This document shows, piece by piece, positions 1 through 10,002 of a stretch of 64,000 nt of DNA. Below the pieces are notes generated by a model, which was not told the DNA's origin, ran no database searches, and saw only the letters and a program-made list of their open reading frames with translations. Position 1 is the stretch's first letter; every line of letters begins with the position of its first letter. The DNA lies in the NCBI GenBank assembly GCA_020444205.1, contig JAHLLJ010000004.1, positions 9,284 through 73,283 of the forward strand. The letters run 5' to 3'. The position numbers were made by a program, and so were the translations under genes. Source of the stretch: Deltaproteobacteria bacterium. GTDB lineage: Bacteria; Desulfobacterota; Desulfarculia; Desulfarculales; Desulfarculaceae.

Positions 1-904
1 TGGCGCTGTAGGCCGCCTCAAAGCGCTTGATCACCTCCACGGGCAGGGATGCCCCGCCGCAGATGCAGTAGTGCAGAGAGGAGCGCTTGAGCGGGCGTTT
101 CACCGCCATTTCAGCCAGGCGGTTGTAAATAGTGGGCACCGCGATGAGGATGGTGTCATCCATCTCCTCTATGGCCGCGTAGGTCTCCTCAGGCTCGAAG
201 TGCTCCCACAGGCGCAGGGTTATGCCCAAATACACCGAGGCGTTGAGGCTGGAGGTCTGGCCATAGATATGGAAAAGAGGCAGCATGCCCAGGCTGGTCA
301 CCTTGGGGTCGGTGTGACGCATGTCCGCGATGGTCATGGCGTTGCTGTAAAGGTTGCGGTGGGTGAGCATGGCCCCCTTGGGCAGGCCGGTGGTGCCCGA
401 GGTGTATATGATGGCCCAGGTGTCGTCGTCCTGGGCCGGGTACAAAGGGTAGGGGCCTTGCTCCTTGGCTACCTCGGCCAGAGGTAAATAGCCTTCAGCC
501 TCGGGGCCGGTGGCACAGCGGATGTCGATCCGGGGCATGCCCTCCAGCACGGCGCCCGCGTATTGCAGATGGTCGCCGTGGCCGAGAAAGGCCCTGGCTC
601 CGGAGTCGCTGAAGATGTGCTCCAGCTCCTGGGTGCGGTAAAGGAAGTTCACCGGTAGAACCACGGCTCCCAGCTTGGCCAGGGCGTAGTAGGACACCAC
701 CCAGTCCAGGGAGTTGGGCATCATGAGTACGCACACCTGGCAGGGCGCCAAGCCTTGCTCTTTGAGGCCCCAGGCCAGGGCGTCTGATTTTTGGTCAAAC
801 TCCGCATAGGTCATTTTCTGGCCGTTAAAGTCCACGGCCACGTGGTCCGGGACCCGTGTGGCGGTGTCGGTCAGCAGTTTGGCGATATTCAAGGCATACC
901 CCAT
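1..904 (-). CDS. Long-chain acyl-CoA ligase (AMP-binding family), runs off left edge
   Basis: Not in the ORF track. Manual translation from ATG at 904 gives MGYALNIAKLLTDTATRVPDHVAVDFNGQKMTYAEFD..., with the AMP-binding motif IIYTSGTTGLPKGAMLTHRNL. Confidence 0.9.
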   Translation of the reverse strand, partial: MGYALNIAKLLTDTATRVPDHVAVDFNGQKMTYAEFDQKSDALAWGLKEQGLAPCQVCVLMMPNSLDWVVSYYALAKLGAVVLPVNFLYRTQELEHIFSDSGARAFLGHGDHLQYAGAVLEGMPRIDIRCATGPEAEGYLPLAEVAKEQGPYPLYPAQDDDTWAIIYTSGTTGLPKGAMLTHRNLYSNAMTIADMRHTDPKVTSLGMLPLFHIYGQTSSLNASVYLGITLRLWEHFEPEETYAAIEEMDDTILIAVPTIYNRLAEMAVKRPLKRSSLHYCICGGASLPVEVIKRFEAAYSA

Positions 905-930
905 AAAAAACCCCAGGCCCTAGCCCGGGG
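905..930 (-). terminator. Terminator-like hairpin plus U-tract immediately before the ligase start codon
   Basis: Minus strand reads CCCCGGGC-TAGG-GCCTGGGG-TTTTTT-ATG (8-bp stem with one G-U pair). Confidence 0.5.
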
Positions 931-939
931 CTGTAATTT

Positions 940-2118
940 TTAGGCCAGGTTTTTCACCACCAAGGCCACTCCCATGCCGCCGCCCACGCACATGGTGGCC
1001 AAGCCCAGCTCATTGTCCGAGCGTTTCATCTCGTAGATAAGCTTGGTGAGAATGACCCCGCCGGTGGCGCTGATGGGATGGCCCAAGGCGATGGCTCCGC
1101 CGTTGACGTTGACCTTGTCCTGGTCCATGCCCAGCTCGCGAATGCAGGCTAACGATTGGCTGGCAAAGGCCTCGTTTAGCTCGATCACATCGATGTCATT
1201 AAGGGCAAGCCCGGTCTTGGCCAGCACCTGGCGGGTGGCATCAATGGGGCCGATGCCCATGATGGAGGGCTCCACGCCCACTGTGGCATAGCCCAGGATG
1301 GCCACCAGGGGCTTGATGCCCAGTTCCTCGGCCTTTTGGCGGGAGGCCACCACCACGGCGGAAGCGCCGTCGTTCATGCCGCTGGAGTTGCCCGCGGTGA
1401 CCGAACCGCCCTTGCGGAACACCGGCTTCAGCTTGGCCAAATCCTCGGCCGTGGTCTGGGGCCGGGGATGTTCGTCAGTGTCGAACAAGACCGGCTCGCC
1501 CTTGCGCTGGGGAATGGGCACTGCCACGATTTCATCACCGAACACGCCCTGCTCCAGGGCTTGCTTGGTCTTCTGCTGGCTGGCCAGGGCAAAGACGTCC
1601 TGGTCCTCGCGGTTGATGTTGTACTGCTTGGCCACGTTCTCGGCGGTCTCACCCATGGTGTTGCCGCTGAGCGGATCGAACAGCACCAACTGGTCCATGA
1701 GTTGGGCATGGCCCAGACGCGCACCCCAGCGATTGGTGGGTACCAGATAGGCGGCGTTTGACATGTGCTCCACTCCGCCGGCCACCATCAGGCTCGCGTC
1801 GCCGGCCTTGATGGCCTGTGCGGCCAGGAACACCGTCTTGAGCGATCCGCCGCAGGCGTGGGACACGGTGTATTCGGGCGTGGGGATGGGTATGCCCGCG
1901 TTGACCGCTATGGGCCGGGTGATGTTGGGGGGCAGGGCGCCGGTGCGATACTGCTGAGCCAGGCAGACTTCCTCCACCTGAGCGGGCTCTATACCGGCGC
2001 GTTTAACCGCTTCCTGAATGACCAGCACGCCCAGGTCCTGGTCGGTAACCGCTTTGAGGGTGCCGCCGAAGCGCCCCACCGGGGTGCGGGCAGCGGATAG
2101 GATCACAGGTTCTTGCAT
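940..2118 (-). CDS. Thiolase (acetyl-CoA C-acyltransferase)
   Basis: ARTPVG N-terminus, HACGGS nucleophile Cys, NEAFA, GHPISATG, CVGGGMG. Confidence 0.95.
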   Translation of the reverse strand: MQEPVILSAARTPVGRFGGTLKAVTDQDLGVLVIQEAVKRAGIEPAQVEEVCLAQQYRTGALPPNITRPIAVNAGIPIPTPEYTVSHACGGSLKTVFLAAQAIKAGDASLMVAGGVEHMSNAAYLVPTNRWGARLGHAQLMDQLVLFDPLSGNTMGETAENVAKQYNINREDQDVFALASQQKTKQALEQGVFGDEIVAVPIPQRKGEPVLFDTDEHPRPQTTAEDLAKLKPVFRKGGSVTAGNSSGMNDGASAVVVASRQKAEELGIKPLVAILGYATVGVEPSIMGIGPIDATRQVLAKTGLALNDIDVIELNEAFASQSLACIRELGMDQDKVNVNGGAIALGHPISATGGVILTKLIYEMKRSDNELGLATMCVGGGMGVALVVKNLA

Positions 2119-2137
2119 GGTTGTCTTCTCCCGGTGT

Positions 2138-3028
2138 CTAGTCGGCCATGCCTAGGCGGTTGCCTTTATCGTCGTAGCGATACCAGCCCACCCCGGTCTT
2201 GCGGCCCAGTTGTCCGGCCTTTACCTTGCGGCGCAACAAAAAGGGCGGATACCATTTCTCCTCGCGGGTCTCCTGGTACATGGCCATGAGCGCGCCGTAG
2301 GTGACGTCCAGGCCCACCATGTCGCCGGTCTCGAAGATGCCCATCTTGCGGCCCGAGGCCAGGCGCAGGCCCTTGTCGATGTCCTCCACCGAGGCCACCC
2401 CTTGCTCCACCAGGCGCATGGCCTCCATGGTGGAGGGGAAGTTGATGCGGTTGATCACGAACCCGGCCACGTCGCGGTTGACCATGATGGGCTCTTTTTT
2501 GATGGACAGCACGAACTCGCGCCCGGCGGCAAAAGCTTCGTTGCTGGTCCTGGTGCCGCGGATCACCTCCACCGCCTGCATCATGGGCACGGGGCTGAAA
2601 AAGTGAATGCCCAAAAAGCGCTCGGGCTGGTCCACATGAGCTGCCAGCTCGCTGATGGGTATGGCGCTGGTGTTGCTGGCCACCAGACTGTTCGGGGAAA
2701 GCACCTGGTTCAGCTTGGCAAAGACCTCTTTCTTCACCTGAAGGTTTTCGAACACCACCTCCAAGACCAGGTCGGCCTCGGCGGCCGGGGCCAGGTCCAC
2801 CGACGTGGAGATGCGGCCCATGACCTCGTCCAGGGAGCCTTCAACCCTTCCCTTTTCAATGAGCTTGCCCGCGGACCAAGAGATGTTCTTGACTGCCTTG
2901 TCCAGTTGCTCCTGGCTTACGTCGCTAAGAGTGGCGTGTAGGCCGGCCTGGGCGCACACCTGGGCAATGCCGCTGCCCATGAGCCCGGAGCCCACGATGA
3001 ATATTTTTTTAATGCTCATGATCACCAC
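2138..3028 (-). CDS. 3-hydroxyacyl-CoA dehydrogenase (Hbd-like); start may be 3019
   Basis: GSGLMGSG Rossmann motif, SNTS, HFFSPVPMMQAVE, GQLGRKTGVG. Confidence 0.95.
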   Translation of the reverse strand: MVIMSIKKIFIVGSGLMGSGIAQVCAQAGLHATLSDVSQEQLDKAVKNISWSAGKLIEKGRVEGSLDEVMGRISTSVDLAPAAEADLVLEVVFENLQVKKEVFAKLNQVLSPNSLVASNTSAIPISELAAHVDQPERFLGIHFFSPVPMMQAVEVIRGTRTSNEAFAAGREFVLSIKKEPIMVNRDVAGFVINRINFPSTMEAMRLVEQGVASVEDIDKGLRLASGRKMGIFETGDMVGLDVTYGALMAMYQETREEKWYPPFLLRRKVKAGQLGRKTGVGWYRYDDKGNRLGMAD

Positions 3029-3029
3029 C

Positions 3030-4187
3030 CTAGTCCTTGAGTAGCTCGCGGGCGATGACCGTGCGCTGAATCTCGCTGGTGCCCTCGTAAATGCGCGTCA
3101 GCCTCAGGTCGCGGTAAAAACGCTCCACCGGGAAGTCCTTCATGTAGCCCATGCCACCGTGAATCTGCACGGCCATGTCCGCCACCTTGTTGGCCATCTC
3201 GGTGCAGAACAGCTTGACCATGGATGCTTCCTTGACCACGGCGGTGCCCCGCTTGTCGCGCAGCCAGGCGGCGTGGTGCAGCATTTGGCGTCCCGCATAG
3301 ATCTGGGTGGCCATGTCGGCCAGCATGATCTGAATGGCCTGGAACTCGCAAATGGGCTTGCCGAACTGCACCCGCTGCTTGGCGTAATCCACCGAAAGAT
3401 CCAGAAGCTTTTGGGCCGAGCCCACCGCCGAGGCGCCCATGGTCAGGCGGCCCTTGTCCAGGGTCTTCATGGCCGTTCTAAAGCCCAGGCCCAGGTTGGC
3501 GTCGCCGCCGATGATGCGGTCTTTGGGAATCTCACAGTTGTCAAAGATCAACTCGCAGGTGTGGGAGCCGCGCATGCCCATCTTGCGTTCGATGGTGCCC
3601 ACGAAAAAGCCGGGGTCGGTCTTTTCCACTAAAAAGGCGGTGATGCCTCCACGGGCCCGCTTGGCCTTGTCAGTGAGCGCATAGACCGTGGCCACGTCGG
3701 CGATGTCGCCGTTGGTGATGAAGTGTTTGCGGCCGTTGAGCACCCATTTGTCGCCCTTGAGCTCGGCGGTGGTTTGCACGTTGGCCGCGTCCGAGCCGGC
3801 CTCGGGCTCGGTAAGGGCGAACACCCCGATCCACTTTCCAGCGGCCAGCTTAGGCAGATAGTATTGCTTCTGCTCCTCGGTGCCATCGATGGCAATGCCC
3901 TGGGAGCCAATGCCGTTGTTGGTGCCGACTCGGGTGCGGAAGCAGGCGTTTACCGCGGACATCTCCTCGTAAACCAGGCACTCGCCCAGGGTGCCGACGT
4001 CCAATCCACCGTACTCTTCAGGGATGGACAAACCAAACAGGCCCAACTCGCGCATGGTCTGCACTATTTCTTCGGGTATGCGGTCCTCGTCCTCCACCTG
4101 CTGGCTGATGGGCTCCAGGTCTTTTTTGACAAAACGGCGCACAGTATCGGTCATGAGGCGTAGGTTTTCAGGTATTTCAAAGTCCAC
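3030..4187 (-). CDS. Acyl-CoA dehydrogenase
   Basis: FALTEPEAGSD, NGRKHFITNG, KMGMRGS, QIHGGMGY, catalytic IYEGTSEIQ; GTG start after GAGGAG. Confidence 0.95.
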   Translation of the reverse strand: MDFEIPENLRLMTDTVRRFVKKDLEPISQQVEDEDRIPEEIVQTMRELGLFGLSIPEEYGGLDVGTLGECLVYEEMSAVNACFRTRVGTNNGIGSQGIAIDGTEEQKQYYLPKLAAGKWIGVFALTEPEAGSDAANVQTTAELKGDKWVLNGRKHFITNGDIADVATVYALTDKAKRARGGITAFLVEKTDPGFFVGTIERKMGMRGSHTCELIFDNCEIPKDRIIGGDANLGLGFRTAMKTLDKGRLTMGASAVGSAQKLLDLSVDYAKQRVQFGKPICEFQAIQIMLADMATQIYAGRQMLHHAAWLRDKRGTAVVKEASMVKLFCTEMANKVADMAVQIHGGMGYMKDFPVERFYRDLRLTRIYEGTSEIQRTVIARELLKD

Positions 4188-4274
4188 TTTAAACTCCTCT
4201 GAGTGGGGAGGCTGATGCAGATAACCTCGGGTTAGATGACAAGTGGCTGGACGTCAAATCTGCTGGTCTATAAG

Positions 4275-4290
4275 AGCAACCGCCGTGCCA
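4275..4290 (-). promoter_or_regulatory. Sigma54 -24/-12 promoter of the ACAD-HAD-thiolase-ligase operon
   Basis: Minus strand TGGCACGGCGGTTGCT matches TGGCAC-N5-TTGCW exactly; a sigma54 activator gene is adjacent. Confidence 0.9.
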
Positions 4291-4394
4291 TATAGGCCTG
4301 GAGTTTTAAAGCTGGAGTAAGCTGTTTGAATTACGGGTATATTTTACGGATATGGCCAGAGAGGTAATGATCAGGTTAGCTGCGCCTGGGCAGA

Positions 4395-4531
4395 CTGTGT
4401 ATAAAAAATACTACAGAAGCGCACCTTGGAAAAATAATATATTGCTATTTAAATAGTTAAGTTAGGTAAGATAAGGCTATTAGGCAGTTAGCAGTGTATA
4501 AAAAACGATACTAGTATAAAAAAAACTACAG
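4395..4531. promoter_or_regulatory. Three candidate upstream activator sequences for the sigma54 activator
   Basis: CTGTGTATAAAAAATACTACAG (4395-4416), GTGTATAAAAAACGATAC (4494-4511), TAGTATAAAAAAAACTACAG (4512-4531), about 105-240 bp upstream of the -24 box. Confidence 0.65.
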
Positions 4532-4532
4532 T

Positions 4533-5918
4533 TTAATCCAGACCGTATTTTTTTATCTTTTGGTGTACTCCGGTGCGGTGGATGCCCAACAACTCCGCAG
4601 CCAGGGTACGGTTACCGCCGGTGTACTCAAGCGCCTGTTTTAGGGCGTTTTTTTCGGCCTCAGCTTTGGCCAGCTTCAGGGAAGGGGGCGCGCCACCCTG
4701 CAGAGATGTGGAGGACACTTGATCCATGAAGTCATGCGGAAGGTGCTCCACCTGGAGGGTTTCGCTGCCTGCCACGGCCGCGGCCCGTTCTATGGCGTTT
4801 TTTAACTCGCGCACGTTTCCCGGCCAGTCATAGGCCACCAGGCGCTGCATGGCCTCGGGAGATATTTTCTCCGGCAACAAACGCTTGCCGGTGCGCAAGC
4901 TGGAAAGCATGTGATAGGCCATACGCGGTATGTCCTGGCGGATTTCCCTGAGCGGCGGGGTGTGCAGGTGAAAAATGTTCAGGCGGTAGTAAAGGTCTTG
5001 CCGAAAGGTTCCGGCTTTCATCATGGCCTTGAGGTCCCGGTTGGTGGCCGCGATCACCCGAAAACTGATTTTCAGAGGCTTGGTGCCTCCCAGGCGCTCC
5101 ACCTCCTGCTCCTGGATGACCCTGAGGAGCTTGACCTGCATGACCAGGGGCATCTCGCCGATCTCGTCTAAAAAGATGGTGCCCCCGTCGGCCAGCTCGA
5201 ACTTGCCCGGCTTGCCCTTTTGGCTGGCCCCGGTAAAAGCCCCGGCCTGGTATCCGAACAATTCCGACTCGAACAGCTCCTGGGGTATGGCTCCGCAGTT
5301 GACCTTGACGAAAGGCTTGTCGTGGCGGTCGCTCATGCGGTGCACCGAGTGGGCGAACAGGTCCTTGCCCGTGCCGGTCTCGCCGGTGATCAAAAGGCTC
5401 AGGTCCGACTGCGCCGCCTGGGTGGCCACCCGCTTGGCGTCCTGAATGGGTGGCGATTCGCCCACCACCAGCTGTAGGTCGAAGCGGCTGGAGTAAAGGT
5501 TGCGCAGCTCTTTTTCATAATAATTGAGCCGCTCTTCCAGCACCTCGGTCTGACGAACCAGCTCCCTGACCCGGTCCATGTGCCAGAAGACCAGCTTGGC
5601 AAAGGCCCCCACAATGTTGCCTTGCTTGTCGCGCAAAGGAATGCGGGCGATGATGCGTTCCTTGCCTTTCATGCGCAACACCGAGCCCGCCTCGGCCTTG
5701 CCGGTCTTTATCACTTCGGGCAGGCGGCTTTGGGGGTTGAGCTTGTGGATGTGGCTGCCCACGATATCCTGGTCATCCACCTGGTAAAACTCAGCCGCGT
5801 AGCGGCTGATGTAGCGGACGATTCCATCCTTGTCCACCAGGATGATGGACTCGTGGGGCGACTCCAGCAAGGAGCAGAGGAGTTCATGGGGAATGGGGTT
5901 TTTGGCCAGCTTGACCAT
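4533..5918 (-). CDS. PAS-domain sigma54-dependent transcriptional activator (Fis HTH)
   Basis: N-terminal PAS-like region, GETGTGKD Walker A, GAFTGA, FLDEIGE, WPGNVREL, C-terminal HTH. Confidence 0.95.
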   Translation of the reverse strand: MVKLAKNPIPHELLCSLLESPHESIILVDKDGIVRYISRYAAEFYQVDDQDIVGSHIHKLNPQSRLPEVIKTGKAEAGSVLRMKGKERIIARIPLRDKQGNIVGAFAKLVFWHMDRVRELVRQTEVLEERLNYYEKELRNLYSSRFDLQLVVGESPPIQDAKRVATQAAQSDLSLLITGETGTGKDLFAHSVHRMSDRHDKPFVKVNCGAIPQELFESELFGYQAGAFTGASQKGKPGKFELADGGTIFLDEIGEMPLVMQVKLLRVIQEQEVERLGGTKPLKISFRVIAATNRDLKAMMKAGTFRQDLYYRLNIFHLHTPPLREIRQDIPRMAYHMLSSLRTGKRLLPEKISPEAMQRLVAYDWPGNVRELKNAIERAAAVAGSETLQVEHLPHDFMDQVSSTSLQGGAPPSLKLAKAEAEKNALKQALEYTGGNRTLAAELLGIHRTGVHQKIKKYGLD

Positions 5919-5992
5919 GCACTTTGCTCAGGTATTCATGTTGCTTGGTTGCTAAATTTTAACAAACCGGCCCCATGGGGGCACCAAGGTTG

Positions 5993-7126
5993 TCACACTT
6001 TATTTGCGCTCTCTTGCCGGTCGAAAATGCAGCTAATGTGCCGTCCCTGCAAGACCAGCTCAAAGCATTTGTTGCAGGAGATACAGCGGGTCCGCGCGGT
6101 ATCTCCCTTTTGCCAGCGGGCGGGCAGACTAGGCTCGCTTATCAAGGGACGGCTAAGGGCCACCAGGTCGGCCTCGCCCCTGGCCAGGATTTCCTCGGCA
6201 ATCTCGGGAGTGCGCACTCCGCCCACCGCGGCCACGGGAATGTCCACCCGCTGCTTTACCTTAGCGGCCCAGGAGCGGAAATAGGCCTCGCCACCCGGGC
6301 GGTCCACCTTGGTGTGAAACTCGCTCTGCTCGTAGTTGTCGCCTCTGAGTCCCTGGCTGATCTCCAGGCAGTCGCACCCCGCCTGGGCCAAAAGCTCCGC
6401 CGCTTTGAGCCCCTCTTCAAGGGGCAGGCCTCCTTCAAAGCCGTCGGCCACGCCCAACTTGAACATTACCGGGTAATCCGGTCCCACCTGGGCGCGGATT
6501 GCCGCCAGAATCTCCAGGTGCAGGCGCAAGCGGTTGCTCAGGCTGCCGCCCCATTCATCCTGGCGGTGGTTAGTGTGAGGCGAAAGGAATTGGCCGAGTA
6601 GATAGGCGTGGGCCCCGTGCACCTGTACACCGTCATAACCAGCCTCCTTGGCTCGGCCCGCCGCCTTGCCAAAGTCATCCACTACCTGGAGGATTTCCTC
6701 CTGGGTCATGGCGCGGTTTTCGTAAGGGAAGTGGGCCTCGCCCGGCAAAGCGGAAGGGCCCGCCGCCGGGCCGCCTCCCCGCCAGGCGTGCATGCGCGCG
6801 GACTCGCGGCCGGCATGAAAAAGCTGCACCGCCACCTTGCCGCCCTGGCCGTGGACCTCGCTGGCCAGACGGGCCATGCCGGGAATATGGCCATCGGTGC
6901 TCAGGGAATTTTGCCTGGGTGAGATGCGGCCTTGTTCGCATACGTTGATTATGCCGGTAATGATCAGGCCCACCCCGCCGGCAGCCAGATCGCGGTACAG
7001 GTCCAGTTCCTTGGGCGAGACATCGCCGTCTTTGGCTGCGATTTGTTCAAAGGTGGCGGAACGCATCAGGCGGTTGGCCAGGGGCAGGCCTTTTATGCTG
7101 ATGGGGCTGAACAAAACGCTCACCAC
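5993..7126 (-). CDS. NADH:flavin oxidoreductase (Old Yellow Enzyme-like)
   Basis: LANRLMRSAT, QLFHAGR, AGYDGVQVHGAHAYLLGQFLSP, EWGGSLSNR, C-terminal CISCNKC cluster motif. Confidence 0.9.
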   Translation of the reverse strand: MVSVLFSPISIKGLPLANRLMRSATFEQIAAKDGDVSPKELDLYRDLAAGGVGLIITGIINVCEQGRISPRQNSLSTDGHIPGMARLASEVHGQGGKVAVQLFHAGRESARMHAWRGGGPAAGPSALPGEAHFPYENRAMTQEEILQVVDDFGKAAGRAKEAGYDGVQVHGAHAYLLGQFLSPHTNHRQDEWGGSLSNRLRLHLEILAAIRAQVGPDYPVMFKLGVADGFEGGLPLEEGLKAAELLAQAGCDCLEISQGLRGDNYEQSEFHTKVDRPGGEAYFRSWAAKVKQRVDIPVAAVGGVRTPEIAEEILARGEADLVALSRPLISEPSLPARWQKGDTARTRCISCNKCFELVLQGRHISCIFDRQESANKV

Positions 7127-9187
7127 CTAGTTCTCCCAAATGATATTGGCGTCCAAGGGCATGGGCTCGCCGTCACACACCGCCACCGGGTTGATATCCA
7201 CCTGGGATATCTCCCCATGGGATGCTCCCAGATCGCCCAGACGGCAGATCAACTCGGCCAGAGCGTTGCGGTCCAGGGGTTTTTCGCCCCGGAAACCGTC
7301 AAAGCGCTTGTTAATGCGCAAACGTTCCAGCATGGCCAGGGCCCGGGGCTGGTCCAGGGGGGCCATTTCAAAGGCCACATCCGGCTCCAGCTCAGCGGTC
7401 ACTCCGCCCACGCCCAACATAACACAGGGGCCGAACTGGGCGTCCTTCAGGTAGCCTACGATTAGCTCGTAATCGGGTTTGCGCTGGGCCTGCACCACAA
7501 GGCTGCCACGTCCCTGCATGAGTTTTTGCAGCCGCGTGAACTCCTGTTCCAGTTTGGCACGGCTGTCCAGGTTCAGGCACACCAGGCCCATTTCGCTTTT
7601 GTGCACCTCGCCGGGCAGCAGGCCCTTTAGCACCACCGGCCAGCCTAGCTTCTCCGCTGCTAACCGTGCTTGGTCCAAGTCAGACACCAGCTCCTCGGCT
7701 ACCGTGGGTATGTCCCAGGCCCGCAGCAGGCGCTTGGCTTGGTACTCGTCCCACACGCCCTGGGTGGGCGGCAGGCCCGTGGGCAAAGGGCGGCCCGAGG
7801 CCTGGGGACGGGGAGCCCTGGTGGCCCGTCGGCTGGGACGGCTGGCTGCGGCCAGGCAGTCAACGGTACGGGCCAGTTCGTTGAACACCAGCACACCTTG
7901 GGCTTGGGCCTGAGCCTCGAACTTCTTAACCGGCTGGTCCAGGCCCAAGGCCCAAAAGACCATGCCCTTGCCCTTGGCAGCCAGCTGTTGTTTGTACTTG
8001 GCCAGGTTCACCTGTTCCTGAGATCCGCCCAGAAAGGTGTGCATTAATACTAAATCCACGTTGGGGTCTTGAGCAATTGCACCCACCGCGTGGTCCAGGG
8101 TGGGACCCGGCCCGTGCAGCTCCATGGCCGGCCACAGGTCCACGGGATTTCCTGGGGGCATCCAGGCGGGGAAAACCTTGGCCAGCTCGGTAACGGTTTC
8201 CGGGGCCAGCTCAGCCAGGGGCAGGCCGTTGTCTTCCAACAGGTCGCAAGAAAGGATGCCCGCGCCGCCGCTAAAGGTGAGCACCGCCACCCTGGCTCCG
8301 GCCGGTGCCTCGGGCAGCAGAGACAAGGCCCGGCCCAAATCCACCAACTGGTGGAAGTCCCGCGCGGTGCCCACGCCCACCGCCTGCAACAGGCCCTGGG
8401 TGAGGCGGGCATCGCCGGCCAGGCTGGCGGTGTGGCTCAGGGCCGCCTTGGCCCCGGAAGCGCTGCGCCCGGACTTGAGCACTACCAGGGGCTTGGCCGC
8501 CCCCTCGGCCAGCTCCATGAAGAGGCGGCCCCGGGGCATGGACTCCAAATACAGGGCCACACCCTTGGTGCTGTGGTCTTGCAGCAGGTATTCCAGCACG
8601 TCGCATTCATCCACGTCGCACTTGTTGCCAATGGAGCAGGCCTTGTTTATCGCGATGCCCCGGCGGGTGGCCAAGTCGGCCAGGAATCCGGCCGAGAGCA
8701 TGCCGCTTTGCACCACCAGGGAAAGGGTGCCGTCGGGCGGCAGGGTATCGGTTATGCTGGGGGACATGAAGGTGTAATATTTGTTGCCCGGCACGTCCAC
8801 CAAGCCCATGCAGTTGGGCCCCCAAAGACGCATGCCCGCCTTATGGGCGGTTTCCACGCACTTGGCCTGCAGCTCCCGCCCCTTCTCGCCGGTTTCGGCG
8901 AAGCCGGCGCTTTGGATCATCACCCCACGCACTCCCTTGTCGGCGCACTCCTGGATGATCTGAGGAGTGAAGCGGGCGGGCACCAGCAGGATGGCCAATT
9001 CCAGGTCATGGGGAATGGCCGACACGCTGGGATAGCAGGCGAGCCCGGCCAGCTCCTGATACTTGGGGTTCACCGGGTACACCGCTACGTCTTTGTTGAT
9101 CGCGGTGTTGATTAGCAGGCTGTTGCCGGTGCGCTCCGGGCTGGCGCCCACCACGGCGATGGACGAAGGGTTAAAGAAAAATTCCAT
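7127..9187 (-). CDS. ADP-forming acyl-CoA synthetase (acetate--CoA ligase family, fused alpha/beta)
   Basis: FFNPSSIAVVGAS CoA-binding fold, GPNCMG, QSG, SHTASLAG phospho-His, C-terminal ATP-grasp (HKSEMGLV, FGPCVM, DINP). Confidence 0.9.
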   Translation of the reverse strand: MEFFFNPSSIAVVGASPERTGNSLLINTAINKDVAVYPVNPKYQELAGLACYPSVSAIPHDLELAILLVPARFTPQIIQECADKGVRGVMIQSAGFAETGEKGRELQAKCVETAHKAGMRLWGPNCMGLVDVPGNKYYTFMSPSITDTLPPDGTLSLVVQSGMLSAGFLADLATRRGIAINKACSIGNKCDVDECDVLEYLLQDHSTKGVALYLESMPRGRLFMELAEGAAKPLVVLKSGRSASGAKAALSHTASLAGDARLTQGLLQAVGVGTARDFHQLVDLGRALSLLPEAPAGARVAVLTFSGGAGILSCDLLEDNGLPLAELAPETVTELAKVFPAWMPPGNPVDLWPAMELHGPGPTLDHAVGAIAQDPNVDLVLMHTFLGGSQEQVNLAKYKQQLAAKGKGMVFWALGLDQPVKKFEAQAQAQGVLVFNELARTVDCLAAASRPSRRATRAPRPQASGRPLPTGLPPTQGVWDEYQAKRLLRAWDIPTVAEELVSDLDQARLAAEKLGWPVVLKGLLPGEVHKSEMGLVCLNLDSRAKLEQEFTRLQKLMQGRGSLVVQAQRKPDYELIVGYLKDAQFGPCVMLGVGGVTAELEPDVAFEMAPLDQPRALAMLERLRINKRFDGFRGEKPLDRNALAELICRLGDLGASHGEISQVDINPVAVCDGEPMPLDANIIWEN

Positions 9188-9231
9188 GGCCAGGCCCTTA
9201 TGGTGGTGTGGGATGTTGTTGGTGTTGGTAG

Positions 9232-10002
9232 CTACTTGGCCTGGAACTTGGGCGTCCGTTTTTCCACGAACGCCTTGCGGCCCTCGACATAGTCCTCGGT
9301 GTCATACAGGGGCATGCCTAGGGCATTTTCACACCACAGGGCTTCATCCATGGACATGCCCTCGGTGCGCTGCATGCTCTTTTTGATGGCCTGCACCGCC
9401 AGGGGGGCGCATTGGCAGATCTCCTGGGCCAGTGCCATGGCGGTTTCCATCACCTCTTCGGGCGGCACCACCCGGTTGACCAGCCCGATTTCCAAGGCCC
9501 GCTGAGCGTCGATGGGTTTGCCGGTGAACATCATCTCCGCGGCCCAGGCGCTACCCACCAGACGGGGCAGGCGCACCGTGCCGCCCAGGCGGGGCAGGAT
9601 GCCCAAACGGGCCTCGGGGAAGCCGAAACGGGCTTTTTCCGAGGCGATACGCAGATCACAGGCCAAGGCGGTTTCCAAGCCGCCGCCCATGGTAACCCCG
9701 TTAATGGCTGCGATCAGGGGCTTTTCCAAGGTCATGCCCCGCATGGGGGTGGTGGGCAAAAGCCACGGTTTTTGACGGCACTCCTTCACAAAAGGCAGCC
9801 AGGTCTTGACGTCCGCTCCGGCGCAAAAGGCCTTCTCGCCCGCGCCGGTTATCACTCCCACCCAAAGCTCGGGGTCCTGGGAAAAGTCCTCAAGGGCGTC
9901 ATGTAGCTGCTGGAACAACTCCGGGCTCAAGGCATTGAACACCTCGGGACGGTTCAGGGTAAACACAGCGATGTGTTCTTTTTTTTCGTACAGGAGCTCC
10001 AT
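9232..10002 (-). CDS. Enoyl-CoA hydratase/isomerase (start re-called at MELLYEKK)
   Basis: LNRPEVFNAL, FCAGADV, GGGLE and FPEARLG (both catalytic Glu present). Confidence 0.92.
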   Translation of the reverse strand: MELLYEKKEHIAVFTLNRPEVFNALSPELFQQLHDALEDFSQDPELWVGVITGAGEKAFCAGADVKTWLPFVKECRQKPWLLPTTPMRGMTLEKPLIAAINGVTMGGGLETALACDLRIASEKARFGFPEARLGILPRLGGTVRLPRLVGSAWAAEMMFTGKPIDAQRALEIGLVNRVVPPEEVMETAMALAQEICQCAPLAVQAIKKSMQRTEGMSMDEALWCENALGMPLYDTEDYVEGRKAFVEKRTPKFQAK

